A program made the translations under genes and the position numbers. DNA of 64,000 nt from positions 452,538,001-452,602,000 of the forward strand of contig NC_091287.1 of NCBI RefSeq assembly GCF_032444005.1, written 5' to 3'. The notes under the pieces were generated by a model. It worked only from the letters and a program-made list of their open reading frames with translations. It did no database searches and was not told where the DNA came from. How positions within the stretch are numbered: position 1 is the first letter of the stretch; every line of letters begins with the position of its first letter. This document shows positions 15,011 to 27,235 of the stretch, in pieces. This stretch comes from Ranitomeya imitator (Eukaryota).

Positions 15011-15308
15011 GTATTGTAGAGTGTCCGTTTCTACAATTCCTTCAGTCTGTCAAACAAATGTATGGACAATCTTGTAACACATGGTTGGACCAATCCCAAC
15101 ATTCCCCAGAATAACTTGAGGCTCCCAGGCCCTGACGCAAAATATTTAGCATCGTTTTAAAGTTGATTCATGCATATCCCATTCACCCTTACTGTTTATG
15201 TGTTATTGACTGGATACAATAATGAAAGGTTTCAATTGGAAATCATTAAATAATGGTTTTTTTTTCTAGTTCATAAGAGACAAAATGATGCACTGTAGGT
15301 ATCGGCAC

Positions 15309-15399
15309 CTTGTAAACTTCGTCCAGGTGTGAAATATTTTGTTTGTTCAAATGCTCTGGCCACAGCCGGTCCTCTGAGAAGATTAGTTATCGATTCCAC
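15309..15399 (-). CDS. prex2: PREX2 coding exon, 91 nt: [30 protein letters not shown](E)
   Basis: ttcttctag|GTGGAATCG...TTACAAG|gtgccg. Phase 0/1. Matches recalled human [31 protein letters not shown]. Confidence 0.94.
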
Positions 15400-15972
15400 C
15401 TAGAAGAACACAAGGTTTTCAATGTAAACAAATAAGGAAGGAAAACTATAATCTTGTTTATTTGGAAAAATGTAGAAATGCTAATGGTTTACAATGCGTA
15501 TTGGTATTCATGGATATTTTCAACATTGTTTATAGTTATCTTGCAGAGCTATTACCAGGTCTGATCCCAATCACCTCACCCCCAAAAGACAAAGGGTTCT
15601 CCCTATTATGGCATATAGATGTCAAAGAAGGAGGTGTTCTATTCTGGTCTCACTCAATGGTCCAAAGTGAAGAGGTACTGACAAGCAGAAGCCCAAGCTC
15701 TGGAAGGTATTTGATGGATGACCATTCATTTGAACCCTCTTCATGTAGTTCCCTGCGGTGTCACAACCATTATCTGGCCGGATTATAATGGACTCTCTGC
15801 TGGACGTCTTCCCAGCCATTCCCAGATTATAGACAACCCATATAAGGGTCGGTTCACTAAATATCTCCATTGCTTTTTGATCACTATAATATTTTAGAGC
15901 AGCGGTCACAATACATTTTTACAAATGTTGTCTAATTTTTAGACAGTGCAAAGTTAGAATAGACAGTGTTAA

Positions 15973-16274
15973 AGGGAATCTGGTTTTGCTATTTACCTGA
16001 GAGTCAAACAATATAGGGCAGGAGACCCTGATTACAGGGATGTGTCACTTATTATAATGTGTATTGTAGTTTCAATACAATCAGTATTTAATCAGCAGGA
16101 GATTATCAAAACAGGACTACATCTCATGAGCCAGGCAGTCCAGCTCATTAACCTTATTCCCAGAATTGTTTGGTAGCTTGCTGACAATGCACAATATAGA
16201 CAAAAAGCTGTCAATCAGGGGTGTGGGCGTTATACACAGTCCAGAAGTCTTAGCTTTGTTACATCTACATCCCT
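15973..16274. mobile_element. T2/Kolobok-type MITE
   Basis: TTAA|AGGGAAT ... ATCCCT|TTAA. Confidence 0.65.
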
Positions 16275-16778
16275 TTAAATGTGTCATATTTATTAACTAT
16301 AAATAAGGTTAATTTGTGCCAGAAATTTGCTGTTAAGTATTGGTGTTTTTTTGACTTGTTCTGTCACATCTTGGGCTAGTACACTCTCTATTAAGCCTCA
16401 TCCCTTTGCAAAAAGGTCAAGCCCACTTGTCAGACAAGACGCTGAAAATGGTCTAAAATAATTTCATGCTGCAAGTAAAAAAAGACAATTTTTTTTTAAC
16501 GCAAATTGATCCAAAATTCTGCCAAATTCAGTTTAATTTAATGTTTTCCTATGGGCTTTTTTGGTTTCTTATATGCGATTCCATAACTCAGCCTTCTAAG
16601 AGCATTCTCTAAAGCTCCTTATTTATTGAAGAAAACAAGGCAGAAACCACAATAGAACCAAATATACAGTAGGTGACATTCGGTTTCTTATATTGGTGAT
16701 GCGGCTTCAGCCATGGTTTTTCATCACATGTAAACATTGCCATCTAAGAATAAATTTGTTACTGTCCATATTACTCAC

Positions 16779-16861
16779 CTGGCTGAAAAGATGTTCTAGG
16801 CAGCTGTGTAATTTGTCCTGCTTCTCATGAGAAATCCGTACGTTTAAGGGCATCTCATCTC
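16779..16861 (-). CDS. prex2: PREX2 coding exon, 83 nt: (G)[27 protein letters not shown]
   Basis: ctactttag|GAGATGAG...AGCCAG|gtgagt. Phase 1/0. Matches recalled human [28 protein letters not shown]. Confidence 0.95.
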
Positions 16862-16956
16862 CTAAAGTAGAAAAGTTTGAGATGCTGTAAAAACCCAATA
16901 ACAGCAATTCTATTTTTTTTAATTCTTATTTATTAACAGGCTTTCCTCATGAAGAC

Positions 16957-17115
16957 TAATAATAATAATAATAATAATAATTTTATTTATATAGCGCCAA
17001 CATATTCCGCAGCGCTTTACAAATTATAGAGGGGACTTGTACAGACCATAGACATTACAGCATAACAGAAATCACAGTTCAAAATAGATACCGAGAGGAG
17101 TGAGGGCCCTGCTAA
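16957..17115 (-). mobile_element. L2-type LINE 3' tail
   Basis: (TAA)8 followed by TTTTATTTATATAGCGCCAACATATTCCGCAGCGCTTTACA; the same tail ends the SINE at 35888. Confidence 0.7.
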
Positions 17116-17349
17116 AGACTTACAGTAATAAGAAAATACTGGCATACCAATGTATAAGTCCTCTTTTTCTCAGAAGAGGCAATTTGCATATTAAGTTTTT
17201 ATAGATACTAAAAAAAAAATAACCATCTATTACTTAATATAATATATTTAAAACACCCCATAAAAAGCACAAAAATGCAGTGTCATCAGTGGTAAATCCC
17301 ATTATGACAGAATATAGTATGAATTAAGAAAGTCTAACATCTCAAATCG

Positions 17350-17525
17350 AAGAGAACCATTACAATACCCACCACTAGCCAAAATTAGTGGACCATATGA
17401 TTCACACTGCCCAGTACCCCAACGTGCGTTTCAGGTATAGTTTCATCAGGTATTCACAAAACACATAGAAGGGTACTGGGCAGTGGTCCACTAATTATGT
17501 GTGGTTGGTATTATAATGGTTCTCT
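17350..17525 (-). mobile_element. Penelope-like inverted-repeat fragment with degenerate hammerhead motif
   Basis: Inverted arms at about 17353-17417 and 17470-17525. The minus strand between them reads CCTGATGAAACTATACCTGAAACGCACGTTGGGG (about 17415-17450). Confidence 0.6.
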
Positions 17526-17776
17526 TTGATCTGGGGTCTTTTGGCAATTTTGCTACTTTTGTGTTTCACTCCTTTTGGGGGCAGTTCCTAATTAGTGAGT
17601 CCATTTTATATTATTGATATTATTGTTTGGTGTCTTGATTCAAGGCATTCCTCTGTTGATATTATAGTCATGATCTCTACGAAAATTATTTTATCATACC
17701 TACTATCATCTATTATAATCATGGATTGTAAAAAAATTGTATTTTGTCTGTTTAGGTTAGTACTGTTATGCACGTA

Positions 17777-19386
17777 CAGTACAGACCAAAAGTTTGGACC
17801 CACCTTCTCATTTAAAGATTTTTCTGTATTTTCATGACTATGAAAATTGTACATTCACACTGAAGGCATCAAAACTATGAAATAACACATGTGGAATTAT
17901 ATACTTAACAAAAAAGTGTGAAACAACTGAAATGATGTCTTATATTCTGGGTTCTTCAAAGTAGCGACCTTTTGCTTTGATGACTGCTTTGCACACTCTT
18001 GGCATTCTCTTGATGAGCTTCAAGAGGTTGTGACCGGTAATGGTTTTCACTTCACAGGTGTGCCCTGTCAGGTTTAATAAGTGGGATTTCTTCCCTTATA
18101 AATGGGGTTGGGACCATCAGTTGTGTTGTGCAGATGTCTGGTGGATACACAGCTGATAGTCCTACTGAATAGACTGTTAGAATTTGTATTATGGCAAGAA
18201 AAAAGCAGCAAAGTAAAGAAAAACGAGTGGCCATCATTACTTTAAGAAATGACAGTCAGTCAGTCCGAAAAATTGGGAAAACTTTGATAGTGTCCCCAAG
18301 TGCAGTGGCAAAAACCATCAAGCACTACAAAGAAACTGGCTCACATGAGGACCGCCCCAGGAAAGGAAGACCAAGAGTCACCTCTGCTTCTGAGGATAAG
18401 TTTATCTGAGTCACCAGCCTCAGAAATCGTAGGTTAACAGCAGCTCAGAATAGAGACCAGGTCAATGTCACACAGAGCTCTAGCAGCAGACACATCCCTA
18501 CAACAACTGTTAAGAGGAGACTTTGTGCAGCAGGCCTTAATGGTAAAATAGCCGCTAGGAAACCACTGCTAAGGACAGGCAAAGAGCAGAAGAGACTTGT
18601 TTGAGCTAACAAACACAAGGAATGGACATTAGACCAGTGGAAATCTGTGCTTTGGTCTGATGAGTCCAAATTTGAGATCTTTAATTCCAACCAGCGTGTC
18701 TTTGTGCGACGCAGAAAAGGTGAATGGATGGACTCTACATGCCTGGTCCCTACTGTGAAGCATGGAGGAGGAGGTATGATGTGTGGGAGTGCTTTGCTGG
18801 TGACACTGCTGGGGATATATTCAAAATTGAAGGCATACTGAACCAGCTTGGCTACCACAGCATCTTGCAGCGGCATGCTATTCCATCTGGTTTGCATTTA
18901 GTTGGACCATCATTTATTTTTCAACAGGACAATGACTGTGTAAGGGCTATTTGACCAATAAGGAGAGTGATGGGCTGCTTCACCAGATGACCTGGCCTCC
19001 ACAGTCGCCAGACCTGAACCCAATTGAGATGGTTTGGGGTGAGCTGGACCGCAGAGTGAAGGCAAAAGGGCCAACAAGTGCTAAGCGTCTCTGGGAACTC
19101 CTTCAAGATTGTTGGAAGACCATTCCTGGTGACTACCTCTTGAAGCTCATCATGAGAATGGCAAGAGTGTGCAAAGCAGTCATCAAAGCAAAAGGTGGCT
19201 ACTTTGAAGAACCTAGAAAATAAGACATATTTTCAGTTGTTTCACACTTTTTTGTTAAGTATATAATTCCCCATGTGTTAATTCATAGTTTTGATGCCTT
19301 CAGGGTGAATTTACAATTTTCATAGTCATGAAAATACAGAAAAATCTTTAAATGAGAAGGTGTGTCAAAACTTTTGGTCTGTACTG
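17777..19386 (+). mobile_element. Near full-length Tc1 element, inactivated
   Basis: TA|CAGTACAGACCAAAAGTTTGG ... CTTTTGGTCTGTACTG|TA, with long TIRs. Transposase 18191-19223 (MARKKQ..., WSDESKFEIF, WPPQSPDLNPIEMVW) is broken by stops, a frameshift and a deletion after QQDND. Confidence 0.95.
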
Positions 19387-19925
19387 TACAACATTCACAC
19401 ACGGGTAAAGGGAGTAAGAGAGAGGGAAGAGAGCGAAGATATAGAGAGAAGTCATACCTACACCCAACTGCTCCATGTACAAACTAGTTAATCCCAATCT
19501 GCACAAGTAAAAAACACCATTTTGGACCTGACTCCCTAAAAGGCCGTGGGAGGTTTCTTGTGCCTCCCGAGGAACCAGAAGGGAGTCCGCAACACACTGC
19601 CAACATGGGGAGAGGAAGGTGTGCAGGTGGACAAGAAGACCCAGGGTGAGAAACTTAAAGCACATTCATGAAAATGGAGAAAGGGAACAATAAGGATATC
19701 CAAAAAATAAAATAAAACTAGAATAACCTCCCAGAAACCTAAAAGTGGTAAAAGGAAAAGCTGCTGGGAAGGTAGACAAACAAACACAGCAAGAATATAA
19801 GCAGTGTAAGTCTAGCAGGGTAAATCCTTTCACTAAAGGGCTGGAAGTACTTAGCACAAATTCACCTTGAAGTGTAGCCAGCAAAGAAGAGCAGTGAAGC
19901 GATAATGGATGAAACCCCATCCTTA

Positions 19926-20150
19926 GGCTATGTGACCACGCTCAGGATTTTTAGCTTTTTTTAGCTTTTTTTGGTGGTTATTATTGCATTGGGAAGCTCT
20001 GGAAAAAAAACCCAAAAAGTGAGAAAAACGTGCAAAATGGCGCAAAAACGCGATAAAAATGCAAAATAAACACGAGCGGATTTCCTGCGAAAGGAGTCTG
20101 GTTTTGATCAGGAAAATTCTGTGAACAATCCTGAACGTGGGCACATAGCC
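19926..20150. mobile_element. Harbinger/PIF-type MITE
   Basis: TTA|GGCTATGTGACCACGCTCAGGATT ... AATCCTGAACGTGGGCACATAGCC|TTA, a perfect 3-bp TSD. Confidence 0.88.
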
Positions 20151-20731
20151 TTAACGTGATAGGGCAAACAGAAATTGGGAGAGTGGAAAACACCTGGAAA
20201 GTTGCATATCGGAAAGGGAGAATAAAGGCAATAGGAACAATCAGCATTTGGACAGGGAAGAAAAAAGCAATAGTTCAACAGGCAGAAGAACTACGAAAGC
20301 AACAGATTCCACGATCAAATTACCAAACCGAGCCACGACAAGTACTTTTTATTATACCCTTACTGCATTATTGATATAGGTTATAATCTCAAAATGTATA
20401 CTATATTTTGCCATAGTCGGATTTACCACTGGTACACTGCCTTTTTGGATTTTTATGGGGTGTTTTTAATAGATTTTTTTTCCGTAATTGTGTGTTATTT
20501 GCTATTGTGTTCCTATTTCTAATAAAAAATTATACATTTGTAAATGGGTATTTTCTATTATTTGTTTGCTTTAAGAGCAATTTATAAGTACCGTAGTTTA
20601 TATTATTTGGTACTTTTTATTGCTTTCTATATTTTAGACATGGGTGTCAGACGCCAGCCCAGCCATAATGTGCTGATAAAGCAGAGGTGACGGAATAATG
20701 TTTTAAATCAAAATATTTTTGAGTCTACTTT

Positions 20732-20814
20732 CATCCTGCATTGAGCATGGGGTTGGACATGATGATGACCCTGGAGGTCCCTTCCCATTCTAACATTCTA
20801 TGAGTCTATGATTC
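20732..20814 (+). mobile_element. CR1 LINE 3' tail
   Basis: GGGGTTGGAC..GATGACCCTGGAGGTCCCTTCCCATTCTAACATTCTATGAGTCTATGATTC, with an (ATTCTATG)n-like terminus. Confidence 0.75.
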
Positions 20815-21082
20815 ACAGCAAAAAGTATACATCAAAATGGCTTCCTTACCATCATTTTGCCACAGTCCGAATCTTTATAAAATGGTACTGCTTTTACTTT
20901 TATGCAAATCTAACCCCGCGACACAGGTATAAAATACAAACCTTTTTGTTACATAATTCTTTTCAGCTATTGAGCAGGAAATGAAATACCCAAATATCAC
21001 CGGAATGATCTAAATTTGTAAAATTGCAGATTATCTAGAAATGATATCATAGAAACCGGTTCTTGAATTTTCTAAACGATCA

Positions 21083-21280
<198 letters not shown>

Positions 21281-21639
21281 TTAAAACCAGAAACGTGCAA
21301 TATTTTCTTAACTCATGTAAAGCAAAGTTTAACACGTTAAATTGCCGCACTTGCTGAAGAGTAATTGTCCATGTGACACTATCACTAGTATCAATATTTC
21401 TGTGCTTAAAGGAGTTGTCCACTTTCAGGAAAGTGGGCCCAAAACTGTTTAAAATACAAAGAATAAACTAAGCATGTATTCACCCTCCCTCGGTCCAGCG
21501 CCAGCTCTCCGCTGCTGATCTAGTCCTGGTGTTTTTTCTAACGTGGTGGCGTCACATCATCAGGGCGCGTCACTGCTATAGCCAGTCACTGAGCTCAGAG
21601 GGGCATGCTGGTATCCACAGCATAGCTGCTGAACACAGG

Positions 21640-21990
21640 CAATGAAAACTCTACTTTTATTTTTTGTCTGTAAATATTGTAGCTATAGATAGTACCGCAT
21701 TCATGTCTCTCCAGGCAAATGATACAGGCACAGATATTACTGCCTTCATGTCTCTCCAGGTGAATTAAACAGGCAAGGAAAACTCTGCTTTTATTTTTTC
21801 TCTGTAAATATTGTAGCTATAGATAGTACTGGCCCCATAGCGTGCTAGGCAAGTGATATCAAACCATCTTCATGTTTCTCCTGTAAATGATGAAGGCACA
21901 GATAGTACTGATTCCTTGTTTCCCTTGTAAATTATATAATTTTACATTGTATTACCACTATGTGTCTTCTGGTAAATTTTATAGACACAA
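21640..21990. repeat. Degenerate tandem repeat, about 45-bp subunits
   Basis: Recurring CTTCATGTCTCTCCAGG..AAATGAT..AGGCACAGAT..TACTG, and two copies of AAAACTCT.CTTTTATTTTTT.TCTGTAAATATTGTAGCTATAGATAGTAC. Confidence 0.6.
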
Positions 21991-22162
21991 AAAGTAAGCT
22001 ACCTAAAAGAAAGAATATTCATATGGCACTGCTTTGTTTTCACTAGTTGTAAATGATGTTGGCTTATGCTCATGTTTACACTTGCATTAGTTAGCTCTGG
22101 TGTAGGAGCAGAGAAATGCAATTCATGTGGAATATGAATCCTTTACAAATGGATTCAAACTA

Positions 22163-23742
22163 TACTGCTCAAAAAAATAAAGGGAACACACACTAAAATC
22201 CCACATCCTAGATATCAATGAATGAAAAATTCCAGTTGTAAATCTTTATTCATTACATAGTGGAATGTGTTGAGAACAATAAAACCAAAAAATTATCAAC
22301 GTAAATCACCACTAATATCTCACGAAGGTCTGGAGTTGGAATGATGCTCAAAATCAAAGTGGAAAATGAAGTTACGGGCTGATCCAACTTCAGTGGAAAT
22401 GCCTCAAGACAAGGAAATGATGCTCAGTAGTGTGTGTGGCCTCCACGTGCCTGTATGACCTTCCTACAATGCTTGGGTATACTCCTGATGAGATGGTGGA
22501 TGGTCTCCTGAGGGATCACCTCCCAGACCTGGACTAAAGCATCCGGCAACTCCTGGACAGTCTGTGGTGCAATGTGACGTTGGTGGATGGTGTGAGACAT
22601 GATGTCCCAGATGTGCTCAGTCGGATTCAGGTCTGGGGGATGGACAAGCCAGTCCATATCTTCAATGCCTTCATCTTGCAAGAACTGCTGACACACTTCA
22701 GCCACAAGAGGTCTGGCATTGTCCTGCATTAGGAGGAACCCAGGGCCAACCGCACCAGAATATGGTATCACAAGGGGTCTGAGGATCTCATCTCGTTACC
22801 TAATGGCAGTCAAGCTACCTCTGGCGAGCACATGGAGGGCTGTGCGGCCCTCCAAAGAAATGCCTCCCCACACCATTACTGACCGACTGCAAAAGCGGTC
22901 ATGCTGAAGGATGTTGCAGGCAGCAGATCGCTCTCCACAGCATCTCGAGACTCTGTCACATCTGTCACCTGTGCTCAGTGTGAACCTGCTTTCATCTGTG
23001 AAAAGCACAGGGTGCCAGTGGTGAATTTGCCAATCCTGGTGTTCTGTGGCAAATGCCAAGCGTCCTGCATGGTGTTGGGCTGTGAGCACAGCCCCCAACT
23101 GTGGACCTCGGGCATTCAGACCATCCTTATGGAGTCAGTTTCTAACCATTCTTGCAGACATATCCACATTTGTGGCCAGCTGGAGGCCATTTTCAGGGCT
23201 CTGGCAGTGCTCCTCCTGCTCCTCTTTGCACAAAGGCTGAGATAGCGGTCCTGCTGCTGGGTTGTTGCTCCTCTATGGCCCCCTCCACGTCTCCGGGTGT
23301 ACTGGCCTGTCTCCTGGTAGTGCCTCCAGTCTCTGGACACTACGCTGACAGAGACAGCAAACCTTCTTGCCACAGCTTGCATTTATGTTCTATCCTGGAT
23401 GAGCTGCACTACCTGAGCCACTTGTGTGGGTTGTAGAGTCCGTCTCATGCTACAAGTGTGAAAGCACGACCAATATTCAAAAGTGACCAAAACATCAGCC
23501 AGAAAGCATTGGTACTGAGATGTGGTTTGTGGTCCCCACCTGCAGAACCACTCCTTTATTGAGTGTGTCTTGATAATTGCCAATAATTTCCATCTGTTTT
23601 CTATTCCATTTGCACAACAGCATGTGAAATTGATTGTCAAACAGTGTTGCTTCCTAAGTGGACAGTTTGATTTCACAGAAGTTTGATTTACATGGAGTTA
23701 TATTCTGTTGTTTAAGTGTTCGCTTTATTTTTTTGAGCAGTG
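22163..23742 (-). mobile_element. Full-length decayed Tc1 element
   Basis: TA|(T)ACTGCTCAAAAAAATAAAGGGAACAC ... GTGTTCGCTTTATTTTTTTGAGCAGTG|TA. Minus-strand fragments VLFTDESRF, SVMVWGGIS, LMQDNARP and PDLNPTEHIW. Confidence 0.93.
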
Positions 23743-24794
23743 TATATTGGGGACCACGTGGTTTCTGGACGGAACAAGATGCACAACATGCTAGCCCTTC
23801 TATTATATTCAAGGAATGGACACATGACGAAAACCAGACTCCTTATAGTCAATGGGCCATGTCTGCCTCAGTTTGCTTCTTTTTGTTATGGATCTGTATT
23901 CCACATGAATCCTGTTTCAAAACAGAACTCAAAACGGAGGTGAACAGAATATTTTTTGCATCAGAGCATAATTTTGCAGCACTCACTTGGAGATGGCTAT
24001 GCCAAAGTTGACAGCATGCACTGCTGAGCTCAGTGACTGGGTTTAGAGGTGAGGTGCATTGTTGATGTGATGTCACCATTGTAGCCAAAATACTAGGTCT
24101 ATAGTAATGGCAATGAGCTGTCACTAGACCCAATGAGGGTGACTACCTGCTATGTTTGGTATTTTAGGCAATTTTACACAATGTAATGGGAGATGCCATT
24201 ATAGGCTAGAGAAGTGTAAGAGTATATGTAGCATAGGGGCGGTGTGCTACGTCTGCTGGGCAGAGGTAATCATATAAGAGGCAGGTGTTCCCATTAAAGA
24301 ATTCAATGCATAGGCTGTGGCCCTAAAAGATAACAAGGTTTGGCAAAGACCCACAGAGAGAATTAGACCTGAGCCTCCCCATGCTCGACAGTGAATAATT
24401 GGAGACTTGTAGAAGGTTTAGCAAGCATTAGAGCTATTGTCAGATGGAGGGTTTGCACTTTACCTAGGGATTGGGCTTCGATAGAGACCTACAATGGACG
24501 AACAAGAACTCAGGTCCCTTCAACAGAGAGGTCAGTATGTATGTATATATGCCATGAATGAGGAAAGACACACAGTCCAAAGAAGTAGTGCAACAGTAAC
24601 CATTAACCTTTATGGCCGTTAATGAAAGAGTCTTTGGCCCTGTGCCCTCCTATGAAGAGATTCTTGAGAATAGCAAAATTTGTTTTTCAGTACCCGGCGG
24701 TGGCAGGAACTTGTTCATGGCGGCCCCTCCTGCTATAATACTGCATTCGGGCAATATCTTACATAAGTACACATAGTGCTGCTTCCCCGTTTAA

Positions 24795-24989
24795 GGCCAC
24801 ATTCACACGTTCAGTATTTGGTGAATTTTTTACCTCAGTATTCGTAAGCCAAAACCAGGAGTAGGAACAATCAGAGGAAAAGTGTAATAGAAACACGTCA
24901 CCACTTCTGTATTTATCACCCACTCCTGGTTTTGGCTTACAAATACTGAGGTAAAATACTCACCAAACACTCGACGTTTGCACGTGACC
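24795..24989. mobile_element. Harbinger/PIF-type hairpin MITE
   Basis: TAA|GGCCAC ... GTGACC|TAA, with long internal inverted arms (CTCAGTATT.GTAAGCCAAAACCAGGAGT). Confidence 0.8.
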
Positions 24990-25239
24990 TAAATCATTCA
25001 CACAACACTGAGCCGTAATGGGGAACTACATAATGGAGAAAACAGTGAGGAAAAGCATTTGTAATAGTAATTTTATAGTTTCTAATCTATGGAGGAGGCA
25101 GATATTACTTTTTTGTATAAAATATGCTTATTCATACAACTGAAGAGGGCTGAATATATTAGATAGATTTTATGCCTACAGTATACAGCACACCCAGAAG
25201 CCTTGCCTCAGTCCTAGACTCAATAGAAGTAGGAATTAC

Positions 25240-25413
25240 CTGTAGGAGTCCCTGTTGCTGATGGTATCATGTCCCGAGTCCTCCTGCTCCTCTCCTGCAA
25301 CATTAAAGCAGACTCTCTTGCCGTTCTTCTCTCCCTTCTCATCGCCATCCAGTGCTATTACGTTTTCTGTTTTTCTCTCACATTTGGGAGAGCAAGTTAT
25401 TGAAGACAACAGT
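25240..25413 (-). CDS. prex2: PREX2 coding exon, 174 nt: [57 protein letters not shown](S)
   Basis: ctttatggcag|ACTGTTG...TCCTACAG|gtaatt. Phase 2/2. Matches recalled human LLSSITYSPKLERK...[27 protein letters not shown]. Confidence 0.95.
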
Positions 25414-25527
25414 CTGCCATAAAGACAAAAAATGTATAGTTTCTTAGGAAAGCTTCATTTTTTTTCTAAAGTGAATGAGTTTATTTTACTTTTTGGCACT
25501 GCCCAAATCTGTCTGCATGACCATAGC

Positions 25528-25703
25528 ATTCGGTATTTGGTCAGTATTTTACATCAGTATTTATAAGCCAAAACCAAGAGTGGAACAATTAGAGGAAAAG
25601 TATAATAGAAACATATGCACCACTTCTGCATTTATCACTCACTCCTGGTTTTGGCTTAGAAATATTGATGTCAAATACTGACCAAATACGTGTGAACGTG
25701 GCC
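25528..25703. mobile_element. Second copy of the 24795-24989 MITE family
   Basis: Same internal arms; the right end is GTGAACGTGGCC|TTA and the left end is eroded. Confidence 0.7.
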
Positions 25704-26026
25704 TTAGGACTAAATGGCTACATACATGATGAAGCTGTTTTCTTTACTGAGGGCCAAAGTGGTTGATTTATCAATACAATGGTGAAGCAGAAGACAAGAT
25801 CAACTAGATTTTTTCCTCTGTCAACTTATCTCACTGCAGAACCCTTATACACTGGGCGCCATCAGAACCTAGTGAATCCTACTTACTATATTGGGGTCCG
25901 TCCATCACATTTTTGTCATGTTGTCTAGTATTTGAGCAGACAACATAGTACAACAGAATAACACATTTTTGCCTGATAATTTTGGAGGAATCCAAAGCAT
26001 CCAATGTGAACAGAAACTTCCTCTTA

Positions 26027-26414
26027 GGGTATGTTTGCATGGGCACAAACTGGCAGCGCTCAGGACACAGCACTTGTCCGCTCCGTCCAAAGCGCTATCA
26101 GCTTTTGTACGCGCGGTGATTCCGCATGTGTTCATTGAACCATGTGGAATCACCGCATCCTATAGGTAGAACGGTGCTATTTATCTTGTGGAGACTGAGC
26201 ATCTCTACAAGATAAATAAACATGCTGCGGTCTATAAAGACGCACCACATGTGCGTATACACAGGGAAGCCGGAGGCGTCCCTGCACGCATAGTGGAGAT
26301 GGGATTTCATAAAATCCCATCCACTATGCTGTAACATCTGGCCACTGCAGATTGGACGCTGCAGATGTATGCAGTGTCCAATCCACAGCGTTTACTGACC
26401 TTGGAAATATACCC
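26027..26414. mobile_element. Harbinger/PIF-type MITE
   Basis: TTA|GGGTATGTTT ... GGAAATATACCC|TTA, with several internal hairpins such as GGGATTTCATAAAATCCC. Confidence 0.75.
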
Positions 26415-27235
26415 TTATACTTATGTGTGCAGAGTAGCCAACTATCCAGAAATTCCAGAACAGTCTGGAGACAGGGCACTTTATTCCTCTGACCGTCAAA
26501 AAAAAAAAAAAAAGTTAATTCATCTGTGATTTGTTGAAAGCTTAAGAAACTGATAAAGATTTTAATGACTTTTTTCAGTTCACAGTGAAGCACTTAACCC
26601 CTTAGTGACGGAGCCAATTTGCAGCTTAATGACCAGGCCAATTTTTGCAATTCTGAACACTGTCACTTTATGAGGTTATAGCTCTGGAATGGTTTAACGG
26701 ATCCCGGTGATTCTGAGAGTGTTTTTTCATGACATATTGTACTTCATGATAGTGGTAATATTTCTTCAATATTACTTGCATTTATTTATGAAAAAAGCAA
26801 ATATGGCGAAACATTTTACAATTTAGCAATTTTTAAACTTTGAATGTTTATGCTCTTAAATCAGGGAGATATGTCACACAAAATAGTTAATAAATAACAT
26901 TTCCCACATGTCTACTTTACATCAGCACAATTTTGGAAACAAAATTTTTTTGTTAGGAAGTTATAAGGGTTAAAAGTTGACAAGCGATTTCTCATTTTTA
27001 CAACACAATTTACAAAACCATTTTTTTAGGGATCATCTCACATTTAAAGTCACTTTGAGGGGTGTACATGACAGAAAATACCTAAAAGTGACACCATTCT
27101 AAAAACTACACCCCCCCCCCCCCCAAGGTGCTCAAAACCACATTCAAGAACTTTATTAACCCTTTACGTGCTTGTGGAAGGAAAAAAATAACATTTAACT
27201 TTTTTTTTTACAAACATCTTACTTCAGAACCAATT

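Noticed and set aside
15462-15909. Opposed ORFs of 108 and 95 aa in unassigned sequence
   Set aside because: No recognisable motifs or splice structure; probably an old repeat remnant.
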